A stretch of 64,000 nucleotides of DNA from Candidatus Zixiibacteriota bacterium (GTDB lineage: Bacteria; RBG-13-66-14; B26-G2; WVWN01), in assembly GCA_050117845.1 (NCBI GenBank), contig JASFLY010000014.1, positions 1-64,000 of the forward strand, given 5' to 3'. Below, piece after piece: positions 17,854-27,319 of the stretch. Below the pieces are notes generated by a model. The model made no database searches, was not told the DNA's origin, and saw nothing but the letters and a program-made list of their open reading frames with translations. How positions within the stretch are numbered: position 1 is the stretch's first letter; each line of letters begins with the position of its first letter. Made by a program: the position numbers and the translations under genes.

Positions 17854-19608
17854 TTACTTTATTTCGCTCTCGGCGCGCTCGATGTAGCGTTTGGCCTTGG
17901 CGTTCCCCGGGTCCAGCGCCTGCGCCCGGCGCCACGTCTTCAGCGCCGACGACAGTTCGCCGTTGGAGTAGTACTCCAGGCCCCGGTAGAGGTAGGCGTC
18001 GACCAGCTTGGCCCGGGCGGCCCCGTAGGTCGGGTACTCGCTCACGATGCTCGAGAGGATCGTGATGGCCTGGCTGACCGCGCCGCGGGAGAGCAGGCTG
18101 TTGGCCTGACCGTAGGCCGTGACGGCCTCGGCCGGAATCGTCGGCGCCACGACGTCGGTTTCGGGCAGCGTTTCGGGCGAGTCCTCGGGCCGCGTCGCGA
18201 TGTATATCCGTTTGGCCTTGTCGCGGAGGTCCTTGGCCTCGGCGTGGTCGGGATGGGCCGCCAGTATCTCCTCGCAGAGGCGCACGGCCGCGAGGTAGTT
18301 GCCCCGGTCGTACGCCTTCTCCGCGTCCTTGAACTTTTGGGCGACGCGTTCCTCTTCCGCCTTGCGCAGGCGGTCTTCCTCTTCGAGCTGGTTCACGCGG
18401 TCCAGATACTCGGTCGCGAGGAAGTCCTCGGGGACGAGCGCGAGCGCGTCCTCGAACGCGCCGCGGGCGCCCTTCCAGTCCTGGGCCGCCAGCTTCTCGG
18501 CGCCCTCTGCCAGGTATATGTAATATTGTGATTTAACGTAGTGTTCCCGGGCGACCTCGTTGTCCGGCTCGTACTTCAGGACAGCCTCGAAGCGGTCGAG
18601 GGCCCGGGCGTAACTGCCGGCCTCGAAGTAGGCCAGCCCCTCCGCCAGCCACTCCTTGACGACGCGGCGCTCCTCGGTGTACGCCCGGGTCTGGCGGCCC
18701 GGGTTGACGGACACCGATATATAATGGAAGTCGCCGAGTTCGCGCATGGCGAAGCAGTAGTCGAAGGAGAATAGGGCGGTGTTGAAGCCGGCGCCCAGGG
18801 CCGGCCGAAGGGAAAACTCGTCGGCGTTCTTGGCTACCGTAAGGCCTCCGCGCCCCGCGAACCGTGACGATATCAGGACCTCGGCGCTGCCGCCGCCCCG
18901 GAAGAAGTCCTCGGCCTCGCCCGACGCGGTCAGCGTCAGTCGGTGGTTGCCGAAGTAGCGGGCCCACGACGCGCCGGCGGTGTAGTGCCGGGGATCACGG
19001 TACTCCTCGCCGTTGGCGGCGGTGATGGGGGAGGCGAAGAGGTTCTGGACACCCGCCGCCAGCGTTACGGCCCCGTCGGCTACCTCCGGGAGGCGGAGCA
19101 TAAGGCCGACGTCGCCCGCGGCCGTGGCGTAATTGGCTTCCTCTTCGGGGCCGGTTATATGGCGGTCGTAGTTGAGGGCGGCCCCGGCGGCGAACCACGG
19201 CACCGGCCTGAACGCGTACCCGCCGGCCAACCGGTCCTCGTGATAAGTGAAGGTGTCGATTTGTTCGCCGTTCCCGTTGTAGCGCTCCACCGAACGCACC
19301 AGGACCGTACCGAAACCGCCGGCCAGCGTACCGTACTTCCCGAGCGGCACCGCGCCGCCTAACAGCTCCGACGTCGAGGAGGGCGCCGGGAACTGCTTGT
19401 GCGTGAAGCCGAATTGGAGGGAGGGGAGATCGGCCAGCATCGCCGGGTTGACGCCCAACGAGTAAAGGCCGGCGTCCACGGTGGGAGAATTCAACATCGC
19501 TTCGGCTCGGGCGTCCGCCAGGCCGGTGCGGGTTTTAGCCCCCGCCGTCGCGGCGACGCAAAGACATACCATTGATATCCAGCAGAAGCGTGTTAAGTTT
19601 CGTGCCAT
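17854..19608 (-). CDS. PorV-like outer-membrane beta-barrel fused to C-terminal TPR repeats
   Basis: Signal peptide; ARAEAM..NPAMLA PorV/FadL-type N-terminus, alternating beta-strands to ELGDFHYISV; then TPR helices (GLAYFEAGSYARALDRFEAVLKYEPDN). Confidence 0.72.
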   Translation of the reverse strand: MARNLTRFCWISMVCLCVAATAGAKTRTGLADARAEAMLNSPTVDAGLYSLGVNPAMLADLPSLQFGFTHKQFPAPSSTSELLGGAVPLGKYGTLAGGFGTVLVRSVERYNGNGEQIDTFTYHEDRLAGGYAFRPVPWFAAGAALNYDRHITGPEEEANYATAAGDVGLMLRLPEVADGAVTLAAGVQNLFASPITAANGEEYRDPRHYTAGASWARYFGNHRLTLTASGEAEDFFRGGGSAEVLISSRFAGRGGLTVAKNADEFSLRPALGAGFNTALFSFDYCFAMRELGDFHYISVSVNPGRQTRAYTEERRVVKEWLAEGLAYFEAGSYARALDRFEAVLKYEPDNEVAREHYVKSQYYIYLAEGAEKLAAQDWKGARGAFEDALALVPEDFLATEYLDRVNQLEEEDRLRKAEEERVAQKFKDAEKAYDRGNYLAAVRLCEEILAAHPDHAEAKDLRDKAKRIYIATRPEDSPETLPETDVVAPTIPAEAVTAYGQANSLLSRGAVSQAITILSSIVSEYPTYGAARAKLVDAYLYRGLEYYSNGELSSALKTWRRAQALDPGNAKAKRYIERAESEIK

Positions 19609-19652
19609 TTGCTTTACGTGGCGCCGGGGCGGGCCGGCCGCGGGCGCCGGCG

Positions 19653-20057
19653 TTATCGATTCACGATGGCGACGAAAGTGTCGCGGTAGGTCGTGCCCTG
19701 TATTTCGACCTCGAGGACGACGACGTATGGGCCCGGTTTTACGTAATCGTAGCTCCGGTCGCGGCCGTCCCAGCTTATTTCGCCGCGGTGCTCTCCCGGC
19801 GTTTGACGAAGGGCGTCGGCGGGCGTGCTAACGAGGTTCCCCTCGTAATCATATACGTTTATCGAAACCGTCCCGCTGGCGGGCAATACGTACGCCAGAT
19901 TGGCCTTGTTCAGGCCGATGAAGAACGGGTTGGGGTAAACGTACAGGCCGAGGTCGGTATCCCCGGCGCCGGCGGCCCCGACGAAGGCCGTGGCTAAGAG
20001 GAACGCCAATGTTATATTGCGTAAATTTGCTTTTTCCACAGCGTACGAAGCTAGCAT
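19653..20057 (-). CDS. Small secreted FlgD-Ig / T9SS CTD-like domain protein
   Basis: VYPNPF, VSINVYDYEGNLV, WDGRD..VKPGPYVV; start codon uncertain. Confidence 0.75.
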   Translation of the reverse strand: MLASYAVEKANLRNITLAFLLATAFVGAAGAGDTDLGLYVYPNPFFIGLNKANLAYVLPASGTVSINVYDYEGNLVSTPADALRQTPGEHRGEISWDGRDRSYDYVKPGPYVVVLEVEIQGTTYRDTFVAIVNR

Positions 20058-20164
20058 ATGTTAAGACGATAATCAACGCTTTTCTGGTAAAAAACGGGCG
20101 GGGCTGCTTTAACGCCGCAATAGAAAAGCCGCCCAGAGGGCGGCTTGAGGTGGTTTCGGGATTA

Positions 20165-21160
20165 TTACCGGAATAAGGCTTTAACCCGGCCGAAGGACGT
20201 CGGCGTCACGGCCACGTCGCTCCAGCGCCACATTTGAATCCGGTCGTTGCGCGTATCGGCCACCAGGGCCAAAAAGCCGGTCCGGCCAACCGCGATGTCC
20301 AGCGGATAGTCGAAATCCCCGGACCCGGAGCCCGATTCGCCGAATTTGCCGGCGAAGGACCCGGCGGGCGAGAACTGCTGGACCCGGTCGTTGCCGGTGT
20401 CCGCCACGAAGATATCGCCGGCGGGGGAGAAGGCCAGGCCGGATGGGGTTTCGAATTTGCCGTCGCTGGTGCCCCGGGAACCCCATTCGTTCACGAAAGA
20501 GCCGTCCGACGTAAAGTATTGGATGCGGCTGTTGCCCACGTCGGAGACGTATATCTGGCCGCTGGTATCCACGGAGACGCCCCGCGGGTCGCGGAACTGG
20601 CCGGCGCCGGAACCCGGCCCGCCCCAGGCCCCCAAAAACGAGCCGGTGGCCGTGAAATGCTGGATCCGGTCGTTCGACGAGTCGGCCACGAATACGGTTT
20701 TGTTCGACGCGACGGCGACGCCCCACGGGTTTTTAAACGACCCGTTCTCGGAGCCGTACTCGCCCCACCGGCCTATGAACGACCCGTTGCCGGTGAAGAA
20801 CTGCACCCGGTGGTTGGAGCGATCGGTCACGTAAACGTAGTCGTTGGCGCCCACGGCGACGCTGACGGGGTAGTTAAACTGGCCGTTTCCGTTGCCGAAG
20901 GAACCCCACGACCCCACGAATGAGGGCACGATGGAGCCGCTGGTCGACACGTACAGGTTGTAATAACAGACGCGGTGATTGCCGGTATCGGCCACGTATA
21001 CGTGGCCCGTACTCGGCGCCACGGCGACGCCCGACGGGTTATCCAAATTCGGCTGGCCCGAGCCGCCGTAATACCAGTATCCGTAATAAACCCAATCGGC
21101 CAAGGCGGCCGAGGCGGCGCAGGTCACGGTTACAACTACTATAATCGTTAAGCGTTTCAT
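20165..21160 (-). CDS. Secreted NHL-repeat beta-propeller with C-terminal SFGRVKALFR tag
   Basis: AGGAGG SD before MKRLTII, signal peptide, NHL repeats, ends VAVTPTSFGRVKALFR. Confidence 0.9.
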   Translation of the reverse strand: MKRLTIIVVVTVTCAASAALADWVYYGYWYYGGSGQPNLDNPSGVAVAPSTGHVYVADTGNHRVCYYNLYVSTSGSIVPSFVGSWGSFGNGNGQFNYPVSVAVGANDYVYVTDRSNHRVQFFTGNGSFIGRWGEYGSENGSFKNPWGVAVASNKTVFVADSSNDRIQHFTATGSFLGAWGGPGSGAGQFRDPRGVSVDTSGQIYVSDVGNSRIQYFTSDGSFVNEWGSRGTSDGKFETPSGLAFSPAGDIFVADTGNDRVQQFSPAGSFAGKFGESGSGSGDFDYPLDIAVGRTGFLALVADTRNDRIQMWRWSDVAVTPTSFGRVKALFR

Positions 21161-21297
21161 CGTCGATCCTCCTATCGGCCCCCGGAACGGGGTCCCCCCA
21201 CTTTCCACATTCTAATAGAAAAACACGTTTTGTCAACGAAAAATAAAGCGTGCGGTTAAAGCCGGCGTAAGACGGATAGAACGTTCGGAGATAAATA

Positions 21298-21326
21298 TTG
21301 ACAATACCGGGAGCCTTTACTAGAAT
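21298..21326 (+). promoter_or_regulatory. sigma70 promoter
   Basis: TTGACA, 17 bp, TAGAAT. Confidence 0.7.
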
Positions 21327-21357
21327 GATAGCGGTCATAAGTGGAGGTTCGTATATT

Positions 21358-22008
21358 ATGCGTTTTCGTCGGATTATAATAACGTTAGCTATCGGCGCGC
21401 TGTTTGCGGCCGCGATAAGTTGCGACAATACCGGTTCCCCCCCTCCGTCGGAGGAGACGAATTACTGTAAATTCATGCCAACCGGCCAGGGCAACAAGTG
21501 GGAGTACCGGGTAGTCGAGGAAAGTAAATTCAACCCGCGCGAGGAGTACACCTTGACGTACGAGATAACGACGGTAAAATCGCCGTACGAGGGTTTCCCC
21601 GACGCGTACGTGGTGACCATTACCCGCCCCGGATACCCGACCGAGGAACTGGTCCTGGGGCCGAGCGACGACGAGTGCTACGTCGAGCGCGCGATGTGGT
21701 CGTACCTTATGAGCGACGCCATGGAAATCGGCGGCTGGTCCCAGACCGGCCTTATCGTCGATTTCCCGTTGCAGTACCGCGGTGACTCGGGCGTCAACGT
21801 ACCGGCGGGCTCCTTCAATTGTCGGGAGCTTTTCTTCGACAACGGCAACGAGATAAAGCCCGAGTCATGGAGCGAGCGCTACGCCGAGGACGTGGGCCTG
21901 GTCAAATACGAAAACCAATACAAGGAGTACCAGGGCTCGGTGCCGCCGGAACTCGTCGACTGGCGGACCGTTACCTACGAACTCCGGAGTTACGACATCT
22001 ACGAATAA
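21358..22008 (+). CDS. Hypothetical lipoprotein
   Basis: GGAGG SD, AISC lipobox; PTGQGNKWEY, VNVPAGSF and YAEDVGLVK are typical of a beta-rich DUF3108-like family. Confidence 0.75.
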   Translation: MRFRRIIITLAIGALFAAAISCDNTGSPPPSEETNYCKFMPTGQGNKWEYRVVEESKFNPREEYTLTYEITTVKSPYEGFPDAYVVTITRPGYPTEELVLGPSDDECYVERAMWSYLMSDAMEIGGWSQTGLIVDFPLQYRGDSGVNVPAGSFNCRELFFDNGNEIKPESWSERYAEDVGLVKYENQYKEYQGSVPPELVDWRTVTYELRSYDIYE

Positions 22009-22098
22009 GCGGCGCCTCGGCGACGATAGGAGACGATTATTTCAAGCGGCCCCCCGGGGCCGCTTTTCATTTTACGGGATCGATTACCGTAATTATAC

Positions 22099-22146
22099 TT
22101 GACACGTCGGGTCATATATGTTATACATTATACGGGTATAGGGTAT
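22099..22146 (+). promoter_or_regulatory. Promoter and probable CsoR operator
   Basis: TTGACA (22099), extended -10 near 22122; semi-palindrome ATACGGGTATAGGGTAT (TAC..G-tract..GTA) overlapping the csoR start. Confidence 0.6.
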
Positions 22147-22429
22147 GCCAAACGAAACGAGACATGAAGAGATTACGAACGAACTCCTCAAGAGCCGGCT
22201 GGCCCGGGTCGAGGGGCAGGTCCGCGGCATCTCCCGGATGCTCGACGAGGGCAAGTATTGCATCGACGTCCTCGACCAGATAACCGCCGCTCGCCGGGCC
22301 CTGGAAAAAGTGGCGTTGCTCGTGACCCGGCGCCATATGAACAGCTGCGTGAAAACCGCCATGGCGGAAGGCCGGGGCGAGGACCTTACGACGGAGCTCG
22401 TCGAGGCGTTGGACCGCTTTTTAAGGTAG
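22145..22429 (+). CDS. csoR: CsoR/RcnR family metal-sensing repressor
   Basis: RLARVEGQVRGISRMLDEGKYCIDVLDQI..HMNSCV with the Cys-His-Cys ligand set. Confidence 0.92.
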   Translation: MPNETRHEEITNELLKSRLARVEGQVRGISRMLDEGKYCIDVLDQITAARRALEKVALLVTRRHMNSCVKTAMAEGRGEDLTTELVEALDRFLR

Positions 22430-22441
22430 GCGTAAAAAAAT

Positions 22442-23500
22442 TTGAGGTTTATTGTAACCAAATTGGTAATGTATATGGCCTTCACGCCGAGTATCCTTCT
22501 CGCCGGCCAAACGCAGTTCAATTACGAATTGAACCTGCTAGCGGGTTACGAGGACGGCGACGCCGTTTACGTCGTCCCCGGCCAGCGGCCCGCGGTCGGT
22601 TTCGAGTATTACAGGGTTGTATCGGGGGAGTACGGCGACGTGGGGCGCGTGGATATCCAGGCGCGCTTTTCGGCGGACCCGAACGGCGCGTACGAATCGC
22701 CCTACGTCCTGACCCCCTTCCACGAGGCCGCTCCGGCGCCGGCGGTCCACGTCGAGCTTCACAACGCCTACGGCCACGTCAAGGCGGCCCGAGGCCGGGC
22801 CGATTTATGGCTGGGGCACCGGGACGTCGCCTTCGGCCTGGAGCCGACGCTCGACACCCACGGCGCGATGCTGCAAACATTCGCCTTCGATACTTTCGGT
22901 TTTAAAAAGGACTGGGGCGCGGGCGTTCAGGGCCGATTCGAAAAGTGGGACTACCGGGCCGCGGCGACGCTGGGTTCCGGCGTGGCCGTGGCCGGCCACG
23001 GGAACTGGCTCGCGGCGGGGCGGCTCGGTTTCCTCGACGCCGCGGTCGATACGGCGGCTTTCGGCCTGTCCGCCGCGTACGGCGAGGTCCTGCCGACGCG
23101 CGGCCTGGTGGTAGTAGCACCCGAAACACGGGAGACAATGTTAACCGGAATGGATTTTGCGCTGCGACGGGGGCGATTCGGCGTCCGGGCCGAGGGGATA
23201 CTCGGCTACGTGGTCGACGCCCCCGCCGGCGGCTATTGGGTGCGGGGTTCGGCCTCGTTCCCTGACTGGCGGTGGCTGGAGGCCGCGGTGCAGGGCTCGG
23301 CTTTCTACGAGGACCTGTACGCGGGGCCTCCGGTCGTCCGGGCGGGCGCCGAGCTGACCGCGCGCTACAACGCCGCGCTCACGCCGGGCCTCTCGTACTT
23401 CCTGGTCGACGACGGCTCCGGCCCGACGCGGCACGCCGCTTTCTTTCACCTTTATTATTTCTATCCGACGCCGACGCGGTGGCTCCCGGAGCGCCGTTAA
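22442..23500 (+). CDS. Putative outer-membrane beta-barrel protein
   Basis: Signal-like N-terminus, amphipathic strands (ELHNAY..LWLGHRDVAFGLEP, KKDWGAGV), aromatic C-terminus. Confidence 0.65.
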   Translation: MRFIVTKLVMYMAFTPSILLAGQTQFNYELNLLAGYEDGDAVYVVPGQRPAVGFEYYRVVSGEYGDVGRVDIQARFSADPNGAYESPYVLTPFHEAAPAPAVHVELHNAYGHVKAARGRADLWLGHRDVAFGLEPTLDTHGAMLQTFAFDTFGFKKDWGAGVQGRFEKWDYRAAATLGSGVAVAGHGNWLAAGRLGFLDAAVDTAAFGLSAAYGEVLPTRGLVVVAPETRETMLTGMDFALRRGRFGVRAEGILGYVVDAPAGGYWVRGSASFPDWRWLEAAVQGSAFYEDLYAGPPVVRAGAELTARYNAALTPGLSYFLVDDGSGPTRHAAFFHLYYFYPTPTRWLPERR

Positions 23501-23529
23501 GCGCCGGCCGACGTAAGGGGGTAATCTCT

Positions 23530-24147
23530 ATGAAAAAGTTATTGGGCCTGGCGCTCGCGCTCGTTCCCGCGGTCGGATACGCCGCCGTCGGCTGTACCCT
23601 CAACGACCCCGACCGGGACGTCCGACGGCTCTTCCCGTCGTACACATCCTACAAGACCGAGTTTAATACCATAGAGGAGCACGGCGGGGCCGCCTTGCGC
23701 AAGGAGGTCGAGGGGAAGCTGGGCGATAAACTCGACCCGGAGTACGAAAGCCTCGACGTGCCGTACGCCTGCTATACCGTATTCGAGGATAAGAAGGTCA
23801 TCGGCTACGTCTTCGGCGTAAATCAGAAGGGCCTCTACGGCGGCATGCAGGTGATCATCGCCGCCGATACGAAGGGCGTCATCCGGAGTTGGTACTACCA
23901 GAAGCTGAGCCACCCCGAAGCCGGGGCGTTGCGGGCGGAGTCGTTCCGAAAGCAATTCTTCGGCCTCTCTCTCGCGGACTTCTACCGCCTGCGAGAGAGT
24001 TTCGACGCCGGGGCCACGGGGAGGGGAATCGCCGGGTTCGAGAACCCGCTGACCGACGGCCAGGTGGACTTCCGCAACACGCTGCGCGGCATGATGAAGG
24101 CATTGATATTGTTCGACGTTTTCAAACTGGACCGGATGCACGGTTAA
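23530..24147 (+). CDS. Periplasmic protein, FMN-binding-domain-like
   Basis: Signal MKKLLG..; IGYVFGVNQKGLYGGMQVIIAADTKGVI and FRKQFFG resemble the RnfG/NosR-type fold. Confidence 0.6.
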   Translation: MKKLLGLALALVPAVGYAAVGCTLNDPDRDVRRLFPSYTSYKTEFNTIEEHGGAALRKEVEGKLGDKLDPEYESLDVPYACYTVFEDKKVIGYVFGVNQKGLYGGMQVIIAADTKGVIRSWYYQKLSHPEAGALRAESFRKQFFGLSLADFYRLRESFDAGATGRGIAGFENPLTDGQVDFRNTLRGMMKALILFDVFKLDRMHG

Positions 24148-24164
24148 CGAATAAAGGAGCAACC

Positions 24165-24542
24165 ATGGACAAGAAAACTACCGTTGCGTTGATTGGCGCG
24201 TTCCTCGCGGCCGGGGCGTTTTGGGCCTGCGGCGCCGGCGAGGGTTACGGCGAGGCCGTCGGCGGCAAGGCCGACGCGGCCCTGGCCGAACTCCTCTCCC
24301 GGGGCGACGCCGCAGCCGGCGAGGAAGTCACCGTGGAAGGCAAAGTAACCGCCGTATGCCCGACCGGCTGTTGGCTCGACCTGGCGGACGATGCCGGCGC
24401 TTCGCTCCACGTCGTCGTGGGCGGCGATTTCGCCGTGCCGCAGAGCTTGCAGGGCAAGAGAGTGCGGGCGGCCGGGACGGTCCGGTTCGCCGAATCCCGG
24501 GGACAGGTTGAACTCGTCGCCCGGGGCGTTAAGGTCTTATAG
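24165..24542 (+). CDS. OB-fold lipoprotein (DUF4920-like)
   Basis: AAGGAG SD, WAC lipobox, VTVEGKVTAVCPTGCWL. Confidence 0.7.
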   Translation: MDKKTTVALIGAFLAAGAFWACGAGEGYGEAVGGKADAALAELLSRGDAAAGEEVTVEGKVTAVCPTGCWLDLADDAGASLHVVVGGDFAVPQSLQGKRVRAAGTVRFAESRGQVELVARGVKVL

Positions 24543-24548
24543 GCCGAG

Positions 24549-25754
24549 GTGGTCGAAATGAGACGGTTAATGAAACTGTTGGCCTTCGCCTACAAAAACC
24601 TCGTGCGGCGGCGCGTTCGCACGGCGCTGACCGCCGGCGGCGTCGCCGTGGCGGTGGCCGTGCTGGTGTCATTGCTCGGCTTCAACGAGGGCTACGAGAA
24701 CGCCCTGAACGCCGACATCGAGAAGATGGGCTTCCAGGTCCTCGTAACGGCGAAGGGTTGTCCGTACGAGGCCGCGACGCTTCTCCTCAAGGGGGGCGGC
24801 GGCCTGCGCTATATGGACGCCGGCGTCTACGATACCATAGCCGCCGACCCGGACGTCGAGGCCGTTACGCCCCAGCTCATCCAGGTGGCGTACGATCCCG
24901 ACAAGAACGACGGCGAGGGCGGCTTCAACTTCTACATGGGCATCGAGCCCAGCTACGTCGAACTTAAACCCTGGATGACCTTCCGCTCCGGCGGCTGGTT
25001 CTCCGGGGAGGACGTGGACGAGGTCATTCTGGGTTACGAGGCCGCGGAGCTGGAGCAGCGCAAGGTCGGCGACCGTATGTTAATACCCGGCCAGGACGGG
25101 CCGCTTGAGGTCGTGGGCATCTTCGAACGCTCGGGGACCCAGGAGGACGGCACGGTATACATGCCGCTCGCGACGGTCCAGCGCCGCTTCGACCAACCGG
25201 GCAAGCTGTCGGGCGTCGGCATCAAGCTCAAGGACGTCAGCGCGATCCCGGCCTTCGAGGAAAGGATGTACGGCCTCCCCGGTACCCAGGTGGTCTCCAT
25301 GGCCCAGGTCAAGGGGACCATTATGAACCTCGTCGGCAGCGCCCGCGTCATGGTGATGTCGGTGGCGGCCATCGCGATACTCGTCGCCCTCATCGGCGTC
25401 GTTAACACCGTCCTGATGTCCGTTTTCGAGCGGACGCAGGAACTCGGCATCATCCGGGCGATGGGCGCGAGCCGCTTCGACGTGTTCAAGCTCATCTGGA
25501 TGGAGACGGTCGTCGTGTGCGCAGCGGGGGGCGTCGTCGGCAGCCTGGTGGCTATCGGCGGAGGCCGGGGCGTCGAGGTTCTCGTGCGCCGCGTTCTCTC
25601 GTACGCCCCTTCCGGGAGCCTCGTCGTCATCACGCCCGAGTTGCTGCTCGGCGCGCTGGGCGGGGCGCTGGCGCTGGGCCTCGTGGCCGGCCTGTATCCC
25701 GCGGCCCGGGCCGCCGCCATGAAACCCATCGAGGCCATCCGGTCGGAGGAGTGA
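24549..25754 (+). CDS. ABC transporter permease, MacB/FtsX family
   Basis: KNLVRRRVRTALT, MSVFERTQELGIIRAMGAS, YPAARAAAMKPIEAIR. Confidence 0.93.
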   Translation: MVEMRRLMKLLAFAYKNLVRRRVRTALTAGGVAVAVAVLVSLLGFNEGYENALNADIEKMGFQVLVTAKGCPYEAATLLLKGGGGLRYMDAGVYDTIAADPDVEAVTPQLIQVAYDPDKNDGEGGFNFYMGIEPSYVELKPWMTFRSGGWFSGEDVDEVILGYEAAELEQRKVGDRMLIPGQDGPLEVVGIFERSGTQEDGTVYMPLATVQRRFDQPGKLSGVGIKLKDVSAIPAFEERMYGLPGTQVVSMAQVKGTIMNLVGSARVMVMSVAAIAILVALIGVVNTVLMSVFERTQELGIIRAMGASRFDVFKLIWMETVVVCAAGGVVGSLVAIGGGRGVEVLVRRVLSYAPSGSLVVITPELLLGALGGALALGLVAGLYPAARAAAMKPIEAIRSEE

Positions 25755-25759
25755 GAGTC

Positions 25760-26440
25760 GTGGAGAAAGATTACGTCGTACGGGCCGAGGGCCTGACGCG
25801 CGACTACCGCCTCCCCGGCGAGGTAATATCCGCGCTCAAGGGCGTGGACCTGGCCGTGGAACCCGGCGAGTTCGTCGCGGTGCGGGGCCCGTCGGGCGCG
25901 GGGAAGACCACCCTCCTCAACATCCTGGGCCTGTTGGACGAACCGACCGCCGGGCGGGTCCTCTGGGCCGGAAGGCCGGCGGCCTCCGGCGCGGGGCGGG
26001 ACCGCCTGCGCCGGGACTTCGTCGGCTTCGTCTTCCAGGATTTCTACCTTATACCGTCGCTCACCGCCCGGGAGAACGTCGCCCTCGCGGCCGCGTTCGG
26101 CGCCCGGGAGGACGACGCCGGCCGCCTCCTCGACCTCGTCGGCCTGGGAGGCCGCGTCCGCCATTACCCCCGGGAGTTGTCGGGCGGCGAGATGCAGCGC
26201 GTCGCCGTCGCCCGGGCCCTCTACGGCCGGCCGTCGCTGGTCCTCGCCGACGAGCCCACGGGCAATCTGGACACGCGCAACGGCGAGCGTATATTCGGCC
26301 TGCTGGCCGACGTGGCCCGGCGCGAGAACGTGGCGGTGGTGGCGGCCACGCACAACCCCCACCTTGCCGCCCGGGCCGACCGCGTCGTGCACCTGCGGGC
26401 GGGAGAGGTCGTGGCGGAGGAGGTGGGCGTGCATGCGTAA
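25760..26440 (+). CDS. ABC transporter ATP-binding protein (LolD/MacB-like)
   Basis: GPSGAGKT, LSGGEMQRVAVARAL, LADEPTGNLD. Confidence 0.93.
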   Translation: MEKDYVVRAEGLTRDYRLPGEVISALKGVDLAVEPGEFVAVRGPSGAGKTTLLNILGLLDEPTAGRVLWAGRPAASGAGRDRLRRDFVGFVFQDFYLIPSLTARENVALAAAFGAREDDAGRLLDLVGLGGRVRHYPRELSGGEMQRVAVARALYGRPSLVLADEPTGNLDTRNGERIFGLLADVARRENVAVVAATHNPHLAARADRVVHLRAGEVVAEEVGVHA

Positions 26441-27125
26441 CGGACCGGCTATCCAAACCGCGGACCTGCACAAGCATTACCGCCGCGGGTCCGAGGTAAT
26501 CCGTGCGCTCGACGGCGTGGACGTCGAAATAGGCCGGGGCGAGAAGGCGGCCCTCGTCGGCCCCTCCGGCTCGGGAAAGACGACCTTTATGAATATTATC
26601 GGCGGCCTGGACACGCCGACGTCCGGTTCGGCCAAAGTAGCGGGTGTCGAACTCGCGGGCCTCGGCGAACGGGCCCTCACCGAACTCCGGCGCCGGGAGG
26701 TGGGGTTCATCTTCCAGCGCTTCTATCTAATCCCGACGTTGACCGTAGCCGAGAACGTCGCTTTGCCGCTGGTCTTCGGCGGCGAGGCCGACGAGCCGCC
26801 GGCCGCGGTGCTTGCCCGGACCGGCCTGGAGGGCAAGGGCCGCCTCCGCGTCGGCAACCTCTCCGGCGGCGACAAGCAGCGCGTCGCTATCGCCCGGGCC
26901 CTCGTTAAAAGGCCGACGCTTCTATTGGCCGACGAGCCCACCGGCCGGCTGGAGCCCGACGTCCGCGACGAGATCTTCGACCTCTTCGACGAACTGGCCG
27001 CCGGGGGCGTGGCGGTCGTCGTCGCGACCCACGACCTGGAGGCCGCGGGCCGCTGCGACCGGACGATATACCTCCAGGACGGCAAGATAGTATCCGAAGA
27101 AGAAAGTTGGCTCTTCGAATCTTAA
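26433..27125 (+). CDS. Second ABC transporter ATP-binding protein
   Basis: GPSGSGKT, LSGGDKQRVAIARAL, LADEPTG. Confidence 0.93.
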   Translation: MRNGPAIQTADLHKHYRRGSEVIRALDGVDVEIGRGEKAALVGPSGSGKTTFMNIIGGLDTPTSGSAKVAGVELAGLGERALTELRRREVGFIFQRFYLIPTLTVAENVALPLVFGGEADEPPAAVLARTGLEGKGRLRVGNLSGGDKQRVAIARALVKRPTLLLADEPTGRLEPDVRDEIFDLFDELAAGGVAVVVATHDLEAAGRCDRTIYLQDGKIVSEEESWLFES

Positions 27126-27186
27126 CCCCCTGCTACACCACTCTTCTAATGGGAAGGCCGCCCCGACGGGCGGCTTTTCCCCGTAT

Positions 27187-27212
27187 GTGGGGGCCGACCT
27201 TCAGGTCGGCCC
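27187..27212 (+). repeat. REP-like palindrome
   Basis: GTGG-GGGCCGACC-TTCA-GGTCGGCCC, near-identical to 14984..15007. Confidence 0.68.
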
Positions 27213-27319
27213 GGTATTACCCGTGGACGGAAGCCGCCAGATGGTAACATCTGACGGCACGTAGAATGGAAAAAGCCGGCCCCGAAGGCCGGCCTCGTAA
27301 CGATTCGACTATATCTCGA

